DNA of 64,000 nt from Lobosporangium transversale (taxonomy: Eukaryota): NCBI RefSeq assembly GCF_002105155.1, contig NW_019028992.1, positions 186,001 through 250,000 of the forward strand. The letters run 5' to 3'. Positions 42,965-56,148 of this stretch are shown in pieces (position 1 is the first letter of the stretch; every line of letters starts with the position of its first letter). Both the position numbers and the translations under genes were made by a program. The notes below the pieces were generated by a model. It saw only the letters and a program-made list of their open reading frames with translations, was not told the DNA's origin and made no database searches.

Positions 42965-43507
42965 ACTCTTCACAATTAGCATTACAAATGAGACCTGGAA
43001 AACATTTGGTAGAAGAGGATGCAAAATTTTATGCCGCAGAAGTGATTGCAGCACTCGAGTACTTGCATTTGATGGGCTTCATTTACCGAGACTTGAAACC
43101 AGAAAGTAAGCCCAGGAGAGACATGTTACAAACAAACAAAAAAAAAAAAAGAAGAAAAGAGTTATTAATGTGTTTGTTGTTACACGTTACATGTTGCAAA
43201 GACTACAGAGAATGGACTTTAATTTCTTTTTTTAAATTTTCGCAGACATCTTGTTACACCATACAGGACATATCATGTTGACAGACTTTGATCTATCAAA
43301 ACAATCAATGCCAGCAGGAGAACCAACAGTCGTCAAATCCTCATCACCCTCTACACCTCCCGCCATCGATACTAAATCCTGTATTGCCAATTTACGGACG
43401 AACAGCTTTGTAGGCACAGAAGGTAGGATCGCAAACCACATGTATATACACATATATACACTTTTATATATAAAATCCTATCCTATACATGTACTCATCT
43501 TAATCTC

Positions 43508-43539
<32 letters not shown>

Positions 43540-44152
43540 CTTTTTCTCCACAGAATATATCGCACCAGAAGTCATCAATGGAACAGGACACACTTCAGCC
43601 GTGGACTGGTGGACACTTGGGATCTTGATTTATGAAATGCTCTATGGTGTCACTCCCTTCAAGGGCAAAGATCGATCTGCAACCTTCAAATCCATCCTTA
43701 ATACAGAAGTTCAATTTCCAGAACATCCGGGTGTCCAACAAATCTCTCCCCTCTGCAAATCCTTGATCCGGAAATTGTTGATTAAAGATGAGCAGCTGAG
43801 GCTAGGATCGAATGCAGGAGCCAGTGATGTGAAGCAGCATCCGTTCTTCAAGACCACCAACTGGGCCCTTCTGAGACATTTGACCCCTCCGATTATACCC
43901 CAACAGAGCAATGGAGCCGATGCTATCAACTTTCGACAGATGAATGAAAGCATCAGCTTGGACATCGAGGGCGAGGAGTTGGTTCTGCAGGAACCAGGAA
44001 CGAAAAATCTCTTTGCGAACTTTAGTTCAGGTAAAAAAAAAAAAAAAAAAAAAAAAAAGTCTTTTTGCATCCATCTTTTTTTATCTTACATCTATACACA
44101 TTCATACATTTTTCTTTTTTTGTCTGAACCTCAAATGAAACCAAGAAGAGGA

Positions 44153-44191
<39 letters not shown>

Positions 44192-44294
44192 CGGCATCGA
44201 CTAACGATTACATTTTCTGGCTATGCTTTTCCCTTTTTTTTTTTTTTTTTTTTTTCTAGTCACTCTTCATCATGATGGAGATGAATACATGTAA
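39821..44294 (+). CDS. AGC Ser/Thr kinase of the nrc-2/Fpk1/Kin82 (flippase kinase) group
   Basis: [51 protein letters not shown] (DFD is typical of this group), [15 protein letters not shown]. First exon 39821-40018, then 41832 onward. Confidence 0.93.
40267..40325. repeat. (TAT)n microsatellite in kinase intron 1
   Basis: Seen directly. Confidence 0.85.
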
Positions 44295-44597
44295 TAATAA
44301 GAAACCCTTCCATTAATAATAAGAGAAAAAAAAAAAAAAACAAAGAAAAATAATGGTCACTGATGATAGAAGCCATTGCAAGTACTACAACACGCCTGTA
44401 ATTTTATGTCCCTGATCCATGTGCAAAAGCATACCCACTTCCTTCGTAACTTCCGTTCATTCATGAATTATTAAAGCGTAAAAAAAAAAGCTATTTTCAT
44501 TTTCAATTGAATGGGATTTATCTTTTGGTATAATTTAATTTACTAAAAATACATGAATAGAAAATATATGTAGAACCTCTGGCTACATAACTCTCCA

Positions 44598-47511
44598 TTA
44601 TACAATGCAGTATTCTGAATCAGATTCTGTTTCGGCTTCATTCGATGCTGCTGCTTTCGCTGCTGCCGTCCTGGCATTGTCTTCTTCAATGAATCGCCTC
44701 TCCTCCTCCGAAAGCTCGAATGGAACTGAGGAGTGATGCAAATCAGATGTAGGATACAAAACAGGAGAATCTATCGATTGCTCGTAAGTCTCGGTCTCTG
44801 AGCCTGTGTCCTTGGTGTGTTTTGCCTGTGATGCTACTGGGGGAGGAGATGGGTGGTAGGACGATGCCTCATCTAACAAAGCCGATCTCAGCCGATTATA
44901 ATCAAAATCAAGCTTATACTCTTGGTGCAGGGGTGATGGACGATGAGGCGCGATACTTGTCGATCCAGCTGTTGATGATGCATCTCCACGGTGAGGTGTC
45001 GAACTTCTACCAGATTCAAGGCTCTGTGCGTTTGTCTTGCGATACACCCCGCTCGAACTGCCCTTGGAGAGCGCTGCTCTATATTGAGCAACCTTTTCTG
45101 GATGTGCCATCAGGAAATTGAAGCTCTTGATGAGATTCCAAAGAACTTTGGCGTGCTGTCTACGAACTGGATCCTGGGCGCATAAAGTTCGAGCCTTGGC
45201 AGCGCGGAGCCGTCTCTCTTCATCCTCGTTATCGAGATCAGTAGCTGGTGCATTATGAGAGCTATGATTATCATCAGAGCCACTTAGACGAGTTTGCTCG
45301 AACTGACGGGTCATGGCCTCCATAGGGTCAAGTGACTCGATTGTCGCTGCTGAATCCAGTGTTGAATTAGTTGCTGATGCTGATGCGGCTGCGGCTGCGG
45401 CCGCAGCTTGTCGTGCACGTGCCTTTTGGACATAGCTTCCGAACTTTGATAAGCCAGGTCCTCGATCCTCAGACCCTACGGCTTCTTGAATAGACTGCTG
45501 TTCACCGCTCTGGCTTGTTTCTTCAACCTCTTTAGAAGCAGCCCCTTTAGCTGAGACGGCCTCCTTGATGTCAATCCCCAGTAGTGGCATATCTGGAGCG
45601 TTCGGTGCTGATTCCAAGAGCGCTTCCGCATCTAGTGGCACTCGGGCTTTACTCATCCGTTTAGTTTGATCTAGAGTTGAAGGCATAACCATCATCATCA
45701 TGGCTCCGCTAAAGGTTTCAGGTTGACTTGCTGTATTAGCTCCTGTCTGCGTAGCCATGTCTGCATATAACCTTGCGCCCTCTTCCTTGACTTCAATCTT
45801 GGGCTCGATTACGTCTTCCTCTTTCTTGATCCTCACAAGAGCTGATGGCGAGTCTGCTCCTTGTTGTAGCGCCTGAAGTGTCACATATTGTGGGTTGTTG
45901 AAACGGTTATGTTGCTGAATACCGCGATTTACCGGTATAGCCTGGATGACTCCTGGAGGTTGTAGGCCTGGCGAGGAGTCCCATGAAGAGTCATTCGTTG
46001 CTCCTGACGTAAAAACGTCATTTCCTGTCATTGGTCCATACAATGAGTTAGCTGAGGGTGCGTTGAATGCAGCGGTGCTGTCAAGCGATAGGTATCTATT
46101 GACATCAACATCATCAACAGCACCATTTCCAAAATTATTAATGTATTGTTGTTCGAGTGTCGCCTGCTTTTGGTCATACTCTGGGAACAATGCCATATCG
46201 AATGACTTTGATACATGACTCTCTCCACTAACGTCTTCCAGAAGAGAAGAACAATATTGATTCAACTGATTATACTGACTCAAATCCGTAATATCAGGCA
46301 ATGAGGATAATAAACGTTCTGGAGTTAATGGGTTATCTTCTAGGATGACGCTCATGGCATTCAAATAGCCCATCACATCTATCATATGTAAACGTAAAGC
46401 GCAGTCAATAAAAAATGAGAAGCATTAATTTAACTTTACAAATGACAGGAATTCAGCAAATGAAAATCACCTTCGTTGTAATATGCATTCGTGCATTTCT
46501 TCTTAGCCTCATTTGCAAAGGCATCCAAGGTTTCTGATAATATCTCATCCAGACCATCACGCGGGCGCTTGGCGCTCATAAGTGAAAGATCATCACAACC
46601 ATTGTTAATGGGGAGTGCTCCATAATAGGCGCTAGTAGTATCTACATTGAGCATGTCAAACTCCAAATCCTGCGCATTAGGTGAGCTGAATAGATCAGAG
46701 TTGGTTGAATAGGATGGCGATGCTGCGGTAATATATTTATAAAAAAGAAAAGGAAAAAAAAAAAAAAGTCAACATCAAATCCGTTGTTGGTATTCTAATC
46801 AGCTATCTGACGGCAATTACTTACAAAGACCAGGGTTCCATGACTCGAGTGTATCTGCAGGGGAGAGAGGTAGAGAATATGGTGAAAGTGTGGCCGAGGA
46901 AGTTAGAGTGGACGTGGAGGAGATTGAAGGAGACCGATCCGAGATTGTGGGAGGTGTTAGAAGAGCAGAGTTGTTTTTGTTGACTTTGAGATGCCCTGAG
47001 GTTGAAGCTGTAGCTGTTGTCTTGGTATCGGTTGCCTCGCAAGAGATAACAGCGTTGCCATCTAAATGAGTCCTCTCATGCTTCTTTAGATCCTGTGGCC
47101 GCTTAAAACCCTTTTTGCAGATCTAAATCCGAATCAATGAAAAAAATCAGTCAGTCAATCATTCAATCATAAATGATACTCTTCCTCTTAACTTTTTCAG
47201 TTTTAACAAGCTGATGAAAATGATTTTAGTTACAGCATTAAGCTTACACTGCAATGATAAGGCTTCGATGGAACATGAACTCTGAGATGAGAGGTGATAT
47301 GGTCTCTTTTGGTAAATGTTGGGATAGAGCATTTTTCCCAACGACAAGTCAGGCACAGGTTACGGTGAGCTTTCCTGCCAACATGATCATCACGGAGATG
47401 CTCATATAGCTGCTCAGCATCCATAAAGTTCTTGCCGCATAGCTCCCACCGACAAAGATATTCATCTGAGAAGATGAATGAATCTGAAGGAGGAGTATTC
47501 TCTTTTTCCAT
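44598..47511 (-). CDS. pacC: PacC/Rim101-like three-finger C2H2 transcription factor
   Basis: CRWELC...[21 protein letters not shown]...[35 protein letters not shown]. Four exons. Confidence 0.88.
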
Positions 47512-47817
47512 GAAGCTCTATGGTTCTATGGTTGTGTAATATGGTGTGACGTGATGTGTTGTTGCCGTGCTGTTGTTGAGCAAAGTTGTTGTATTTGATG
47601 TCAAGAAAAACCAGAGTATCTATAGTTGGTTAAAGAGTATCTGATAGCAGTACAAAGTATGCAAGGGATACGGTGGCGTTGCGTTGAGCTGTAGTAGAAG
47701 TGTGGGGCGAAGTATGGCGAAGAAAAGGGGGAAGGAATGAAGGATGGGAGGAAAAATGGCAGGCAAAATAGAAAGAAAGAAAGCGAGGAAGTGAGAAAGC
47801 GGAGAAAGCAAATGATT

Positions 47818-47858
47818 GCCAAGACTTTGACTTGGCCTATCCTGTCCTGACCTTTGGC

Positions 47859-47892
<34 letters not shown>

Positions 47893-47922
47893 GTCACAGT
47901 TCATTTGCAAGCCAGGGCCAAG
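47818..47922. promoter_or_regulatory. Cluster of four PacC consensus sites (GCCARG) upstream of pacC
   Basis: GCCAAG at 47818, CTTGGC at 47831, GCCAGG at 47911, GCCAAG at 47917. Confidence 0.65.
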
Positions 47923-48826
47923 GGAAAAAGAGTTCGATTACTAAAAAACAAATGTTCATTCCAGTCGTGGCACAAAATGAAAAGACGTCCTTAAATAGAC
48001 TGTAACTTGACCAAAACCGGATTCAAAAAAAAAAAAAAAAAAAAAAAAAGAACGACACATCCCACAACAATTGCTCAACCTTACTTTGCCCAGTTGCAAC
48101 TTTTTATTTTTTTATTTTCCAAGTTGCTCAATGGGATGTTCTATGGTTGTCATCACCCCATCATGTTGTTTTTATTCACCTTCTTACACTTGCATAGAAA
48201 TCATTGCACACATGATCCATCTGCTGTTTGATACAACCAAAAATAAAATGCTGTAATGATTTCCATTAAAACTGCACAGTGTCATACTAAATCATTTAGT
48301 TACCAACAGGCAAAGCAAAGATGGGCCTGCCATTGAGGAACAATGTATCAGAAAAACATCCAAAAATAAGACAGTGCGCGCGAGAGAGAATAATACGTTG
48401 CTCTGCTGTGCCATGCAACCCTCTTTTGTTGTATCTACGCCGCGTGTCCTTAAAGATCCCTTTTCACATGCGATTATTCCGTAACTGGCACGCGTTGCTC
48501 TCATATTATCCTCGTCGGGGGAAAATATCCAGATTGAAGTCTGCCTCTTTTTTTTAACCTCTTCTGAACACATTCCCCTCATTGCCCCCATTTTACTCTC
48601 ATCTCCACTCCAGTGCTCATCTATTCTTTCATTAAGACTGTTGCACACATTCGCATGTCTCTTTGTCATCTCTCCGATTGAATCACTGTTGCACAAGACA
48701 TTTACCAAAAAAAAAAAGAAAAAAAAAAGAAAAGAAAAGAAAGGGACCTTCACACTTTGAACTCTGTTGCTTCTTTTTATCTGTAACTTCTCTCTTGATC
48801 ACCTTACCACAAGACCTTATTACATC

Positions 48827-49942
48827 ATGAGCAGATCCTCCCCAATGATGACACCAGTCATGGATGAAGACTTTGACCTCTGTATTTCTGAGACAAATCT
48901 TCCTTTTCCATACTCGGATCATTGTAGCACAGGACCTCCAAGTCTTTATGAATTCAATATCAACGATGATGATGAGGAAGATGAAGAAGAATATGAGGAA
49001 GAATATGAGGATGAAGACGATGAAGATGAGGAAGGCCAGATCTTTGTCCGTCAAGTTCAAGTCGGGAATGAAAGCGATGATGAGAACGTCATGCTAGAAC
49101 CATCTCACCCTGTTGATGTATCCCGCTTTTACCCCTATTCTCGCTCATCCATGACTCTCAAAGATGACCTTCCTATCCAACTGCAAAGTCGACTCGAAAG
49201 CATCCGCAAGAACGAGCTTGGTATCAGGGATGGTAGTGCAACATCTCCCTCATCAAAGATATTGCGACCTCACCTCTCTCGACGATCCTATTCGTATGAA
49301 TCGAATGGTGAGTGGCATGAGGAGGAGTTTGTGAAAGGGACGGATCATGAGCAATTGACGAAAGAGGAAGAAGAGAAATTGATAAATCAGGAGCAAGAGC
49401 AGCAAGACAAAGGCCTACTCCCGACAGTCACCTCGGCTGTCAGCTCTGTTGCATATGCAGTTGGCAAGCATTGGTCAAAGGTAGTGAATGATGGTAGATA
49501 ATTTGGAACAACATCTGTAGTTGGTTCCTCAGTTTTTTTTCTTGGTGTCTTGGTGACATGATTAACACATGACTATGATATTTTTTTATTGATCTCGTAT
49601 TTTGTTTCTTCTGCACGTGCATACGTGTTACGAACTTATCCTTACCAGAAAATCTATGAGTCCCTACTTCGATCGCGAGATCCCAAAGCTTATTATGCTC
49701 ACTTACTTAAGGCTGCCACCAACTATGAGCAATGGGCCGAAGCTGCTGCAATCCTTGACCAACTCCAGGGCAAAGACAAATGGAAGAATGATCCCAGATC
49801 CCCTCATTATGACTATGAGTTGCTGCAAGAACGACTTTCACAACTCGTCTCTGCACGCGAGTCAGGCGACCTTGGACAGATGACCTTTCTGCTCCGCACT
49901 TCCCTCTCGCGAAATCTTGGAAATGTCGGGCGGCCAGAGGTA

Positions 49943-49978
<36 letters not shown>

Positions 49979-52897
49979 CTAAATTATCTGTTATTTTGCC
50001 GACATGCCTTTATCGAGAAAGAACTCAAATGATTTGAAAGCTGAGTCAGATACTATATTTATTGATAGCTTTATGCAGAAAGTATCATTGGGACCAAACG
50101 ACTTATTGAGGATTATAACTCAGAGGTCATCCGTCAGCTTAATATCATTTGTGATACTGAGAGCGACGACTTTTCGATTGCAGCCAAACTAGAGTTTTTT
50201 ACTCATACGCGACAAGCATTTGGTCGCACTGCACTCTTGCTTAGTGGCGGAGCCACTATGGGTAAACAATATATGAAATAGAATGTAACTAAAGACTTGT
50301 TTCCATCACTTAATGAACTGCAAGTCTAACCTAAGCCCAATATAACTTTTTGTTAGGCCTTATACATATTGGAGTGCTCAAGACGTTATATGAAACACAA
50401 CTACTTCCTCGTATTATCTCTGGCTCCTCTTGTGGATCTATTATCGCTGCTATTCTGTGCACGCGTACAGATGAAGAGATTCCATCCATGCTACAATTTG
50501 ATAAATTCAACTTTACAGTGTTTCACACCGTGGAAGAGCAGGGTGATGTCCTTGCTCGCATCATTCATTTCCTTAAGAATGGAGCTCTGTTTGATGCACA
50601 AGTACTCAGGGCCGCCTTGAAGGACAACATTGGAAATGTAACTTTTCAAGAGGCATACAATCGAACAAGACGAATCCTCAATGTGACAGTCAGTACATCG
50701 GCTACATTTGAAATGCCACGGCTGTTGAATTACTTGACCGCACCGAACGTCCTCATTTGGTCTGCAGTGTATGTCTTACATCCTATGGCTAGACTTTCAC
50801 TCAAAAGCTTTCAAACTTAAAAAGCCGTGCTAATAGTGTCAGTCCTTCAATATCCCTTTAAATCCCTCTTTAGTGCTACATCATGTGCTGCACCTTTCAT
50901 CTACAACTCGGCGCCACTCATGGCTAAGGATAAGCACGGAGAAGAGGTCCAGTGGAATCCATCTCGTAAGTAAAAATGGCCGAAGGCAATCTTAATGCAT
51001 TTGCAAGTAATAATGCTATTGCGTAACGTTAACAGCTAAATTGTGTTCCGCATATGGCAGGTTATCACTGGATCGATGGGTCAGTTGACAAGTAAGCATC
51101 ACTGTGCCTCTGAACCGCTGATTGAAGCTTAAGCACGGCTTGAGAATATTAAACCTTTTTATATTTTTTTCCTACTCTAGTGACCTCCCTATGAATAAGC
51201 TATCCGAGCTATTCAATGTGAACCATTTCATCGTCTGCCAAGTCAACCCATACATCGTTCCTTTTCTGCAAAACTCACTCGCTCGGTCTCCAACGAGGAG
51301 AGCCTTTGGCTGGATGCTTTATCAGGCCAGGTCAGAGTTGCAGCACCGTCTGAACCAGGTAAGTGAAATCAATTCGTTCTTCATGTTGTATTTAGAAAGG
51401 GGAGGGTGGCCTTCTGTTTCTATTCTTATTTTGAATCATTTATATCTGTAGATGTCTATCCTTGGAGTAATGCCAGAATTGATTCATAAGGTGCAGGCTA
51501 TCATGTCACAGCGATATTATGGTGATATCACCATCGTTCCAGACCTTGGAACTGATGATTATCTCAACATTGTATCCAACCCTACGATGCAGTTCATGGT
51601 AGATGCGACATTGAAGGGAGAGCGAGCCACTTGGCCAAGTAAGCGCAGTTTAATGTTACAAATGTTTATTTTATAGTACACATTTATATATTTAAAAAAA
51701 GCTGACATGTTCCTCTCGCCACACTATAATTCACTAGAAATCTCCATCATCAAGAACCATTGCAGTATTGAGCATTGCCTTGATGATATTTTATATCGCC
51801 TTCGTTTACGCCGGCTTGAAGCCTACCGTGCATTTCCTCAGTCGCCAGCAGCTGTAGCATTCTCCAAGATGGCTAAAAATAATCTCAGTCATACTAATCT
51901 CCAGTCTCAGCCAGAACAGCAGCATCAACAACAGCAGCGCCTACACCAGCATCGCATGCCTATTCCGCTTAAGCGGCCTGCGTCGAGCGTTACTACTCAT
52001 ACATTAAGCAATAGTGCCGTAGCAGAGCGAGGATCTGCGGCCGTATGTTTTGGTGCCTTTGGTCGATCCAGTTCTTCGCCGGCCTCACCTACAAATTCTG
52101 TCAGCCTTGAAATAAGCAGATGCACCTCACCAGTGGACCGCCAGGGCTCAAACTTCACCAAAGATGCAATGATTAAAGGGAATGGAACCCTGTATCATCA
52201 TCTACAAGTACCACAGGGGACTTGCGCGGCACAAAGTGCTCATCAGGAACGGGGCATGGCTAATGAACAGAAAGACGAGGCCCTAGCCAACATTAATTCA
52301 CTGATGCCTGATCCTAGTCTTTCCTTGCCAAGTGATATCAATGAGGATGCACTAACTATGCTAGAGCGCCCATCATCCTCGAAACGTCATGGTTACAAGG
52401 ATGCCAACGGCAGCACGAATAATATTCATCAAGGAAATGACGGCTTGCTAATCAATATTGGCATGAAGATCAACAGCCGCAGATCATCATCATCGTCGGC
52501 CGGCTCTGCACATTCTTGCGATTATGCTTTGTCTCCTTCATCAATCAACGGATCTTATTTCACAAAGGATGCCCCATTAACAGGAGCTACTATAGACACT
52601 AAATATGGTGTGACTGATAATGAAGCGATAACGTCCGTGCAAGCACCCTGTAGTGCGGATGTGGGGAACAATGACATTGGTAGCACCAACGCACCAAGCA
52701 CACCTGTGCCGATTGGCATTTTTGTTAATGGTAATGGCGAAAGCAGAACAGTATCGGGATCCGTAAAATTTAACCATATAAAATCAAAGTTAACCAAGAA
52801 TGGATCAGCAACCACTACGACTACTACCATCAGTAGCAACAGTAGCAGTAATAGAAGCAAGCGTAATAGAAGCTTTCAAATGACAACTCTTGCGTAA
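48827..52897 (+). CDS. Patatin-domain triacylglycerol lipase (Tgl4/Tgl5/SDP1 family)
   Basis: N-terminal family segment YEQWAEAAAILD...LLRTSLSRNLGN. FGRTALLLSGGATMG, GSSCG (GxSxG), WIDGSVDNDLP, ELFNVNHFIVCQVNP. Confidence 0.92.
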
Positions 52898-53074
52898 GCT
52901 CTGTGTATGGGAATAAAATCGATAATCAAAATACTCAAATATACATAAAATTATAATAAAAATCCCTTTTATTTTAGTTTAGGGATTAAATGATTCGTGT
53001 TTCCAATCTTAAACGCATTTGAGCGTTTCTTGTCTGGTGGCTACTGTTACTGTCTCTGAAAAACAGGTGAATCG

Positions 53075-53421
53075 CCTGCTGTCAAAGCACAGTCATGGCA
53101 AGGTGTCCGTGATGCTACTACACCAGGGTAAGGAGCCGTGCTTTGGATGAAGGGATCAATGGTATAAGGGTCACCTACCGCGCGATGAAATGAGCGTATC
53201 GGTGACTAACATAAATACCAAATTTCAAAAAATAAAAATAAAAATAAAAAATAGCCCACTACCACCACAGCAAACTAAGACCAAGGCCGCTATCTTCAGT
53301 GGAAATCCTTCGAAAATGGACTACAATACACATATGGATGAATATGACTGCCTTGGATGTAATATCTATATGCCTGCCGTTGCCACCGCTGAAGATGCAG
53401 ATCTGCCAGTGATAGTATGGG
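53075..53421 (+). pseudogene. 347-bp duplicate of carboxylesterase exon1-intron-exon2 (copy of 56299-56645)
   Basis: Identical sequence at an offset of 3224 bp, intron included. Confidence 0.9.
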
Positions 53422-54372
53422 GTGGGGGAGCTAGTACCATACTGAATATAAAAGTCGTTGTAGATTCTTGACATTAAGTATGTATATGCGCTCTATGCTT
53501 GCCACGGTTAGGGCGCGAAATAGGCAGAGGGATAGTGCTGCCTATGTTCATGGCGATAGAGCACTCTCTCCTTAATGCGGGGAACGATTGATAATTGTAC
53601 AATGCTCTCCAGAGACGTATAGGGAAATGTGGAGCAACGTTGCCAGCCAAAGCCGTGCATTTCTGGTTTCGTTTTTTTTTTCTTATTTCGTTTTATTTAC
53701 ATTACCATTTAACTTCCAAAGGCCCAAAGAGAATATTGGTCGCTTAGACACGGAATCCGTTATCCTTAACAGTTGGGATCTCCTTTATTACTTTGATGGG
53801 GCGGAAGGGGCCTTTACTAGATGCGACTTCATTTAAGGCTTTGAATATGAGAATACGAACGTTGATGATTTGCTTGCTGGGAACTACTGCTGCAATTGTT
53901 GTTGCCACTGTTACTACTGCTGACGCTGCTACTACTGTCTGTTACTGTTACTTTTTCTTTTATCCTACTATGCTTTTGAAATAAAGGTAGTATATCTACT
54001 ATTAAGCTTTGTGTCCTCTTTTTATACATGACCCGAGGCAATCACTTTTCGAGTGTAGGTCACCTTGAACAAACGTAGTACAATTGTATGAAGGAAGTTA
54101 TTTGTTAGGTCGGTTAAGAAAGGACGCAGTAAAGAAAACCGCTGTTGACCTCTTGTAATCAAGAAGAAGAAAAAAAAGAGCAGGCAAGCAATAAAGTCCA
54201 GTAAGAAATGAAACATAATAGTGCATAATATAGTCATGTACGAGGACATATAAAAGACCTTTTTCATTTCATTTCTTCATATTCTAAGAAAAGAACTGAT
54301 ATGAGTGGAGCTACAACTAAGCATTAAATAAAAAAAAACTTTGCTTGGTCCCAACATTGAACGGATCTTATT

Positions 54373-54410
<38 letters not shown>

Positions 54411-55428
54411 TCCATTCTTCAATAAGCGGCGGGAACTTTAGCTGCGCCGTCTTAGAAATGCCTACAGAAATAGCTCTTTTAGAACGGTATTTGGTTAACA
54501 TTTTCTGCTTGGTAGCATATGTATGAGCATTCGGAAGGCAAGGCTTGGCTGCACCCTTCTCATAGTAGGTGTAATGAGTGCAAGTAATTTGCCGTAGAGC
54601 TCAATGACATCTGACAAGAAACCGATCTCTTTCCCTTTTCACATTAGATTAGATACCAACGATTGAACAACCAAAAGAAGCTGATCTCAATTGTAAATAG
54701 TAACAATCAAAGGTGATCTGAAGTGGAATCGAAGGTCAAAGGATACTTTATTTAGCTATAACGTAGTGGACTATTTATACTGATAATTAACACTGAGTTG
54801 CGGCTCTGGTGTCTTGTCACCAGGGTGCGCGTGATAGTTGAGCTTTCCTCAAAGGTTTGAGCCCAGCATTGTATAACACGTTTGCATCAATCCCTTTACT
54901 AGCTATATACTGAAAAGGTAGGTTCCACAAATTCTGTACAAATGTACTCCATATTTCTTTGAAATGGAGAAAGAAGTTCAAATTGGCCTCTAATGATGTT
55001 ATATGATCATATTAAAGATACCTCGGCTTGAGGTGATGCTGGTGTTACTTTGCCTTCAGGCATTTCGCAAGCATCTCAGCCACGCGTCTTTACTGGGAAC
55101 AGGCTCGCCGGTATTTTGTCTTAGTTAAAATCTAAACCAGAATAAATGGCAAATCGGCGGATCTTTGAGATTAAAGAAGTAGTGAGGTAAGATGGCTTCT
55201 ACGTACAGGTGTCTTGGCGACTTAGCAAACTTCTGTGGACTTGTGGGCCGGTATATAGACCCACTTTGTTTGAGTCTCATGAGGAGATCCTCTGCTAGTC
55301 GCCAAAGAAATAGATATAGGTTTCTCTAGGGTAGAGGCTTCACCAAATGAACTTGGGCATCATAAAAAGTTCAGTGTCTATTGTGCGGTACATGTAAACT
55401 CCATCAATCTGTTCCCGGCGGAGCCTTT

Positions 55429-55720
55429 TTCAGCATCGAATAGAGCAAAAATTGTCCATTCGAAGGGACGAAAATGGTTGGCTATTAATCGAATAGGCGA
55501 ATGTTGTGTGACACAACCATCAAAGAGAAAGCGCCAGTGGGGTTCTGATTTAAAGGCTCTGACGCCTTTTTTGGTCTATTCGATTGCTACTTCGACATTT
55601 TGTCGAAGAAACAAACGAAGTGAAAGAAATCATACGGAAATTATTGGGCAACCTTACTATTTTTTACCACATCACGATCCAATAACATTGTCAATGTGAT
55701 CCCCTCTATTCGATGCTGAA
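55429..55720. mobile_element. MITE-like element bounded by a 17-bp perfect inverted repeat
   Basis: ttcagcatcgaatagag (55429-55445) and ctctattcgatgctgaa (55704-55720), with nested internal inverted repeats. No target-site duplication seen. Confidence 0.45.
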
Positions 55721-56148
55721 CAAGATGAAATAGGTCAAGAACATGTAGATACATTTAGTAGTAAAGCAGATCTTCATTTTACTGCTTTGTTTCGCTGGTA
55801 GTTTCTGGACTCACATAATAAAAGAAGGCTACACATGTATGATACTGGCTTGATGGATAATTCATATTAAACCATCAAAAGTACCTTCCGAAGGCACGTA
55901 AGAACCGTTTTTTCACGTTTTTTATAGCCTAGAGCTCAGGACTTCTTGCCTTCTCCTCCTTAAAACTTTATGTATTGTAAATTTTGCCCCCAGACTAGAT
56001 GCTCATATACAATACCTCGTAAGATATATTTTGCACTCCATCTCACCATAATTGTGTTAAAATACACAGTATCTTTCTTCATCCAGGCCCACATTCATCT
56101 TCACAGTCTTTTCATTTCTTTCTTTTCTTTTTTATCCTTATCCCAGCC

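Noticed and set aside
42990..43300. DFD instead of DFG in the kinase
   Set aside because: Normal for the Fpk1/nrc-2/phototropin-type AGC group, so not a pseudokinase.
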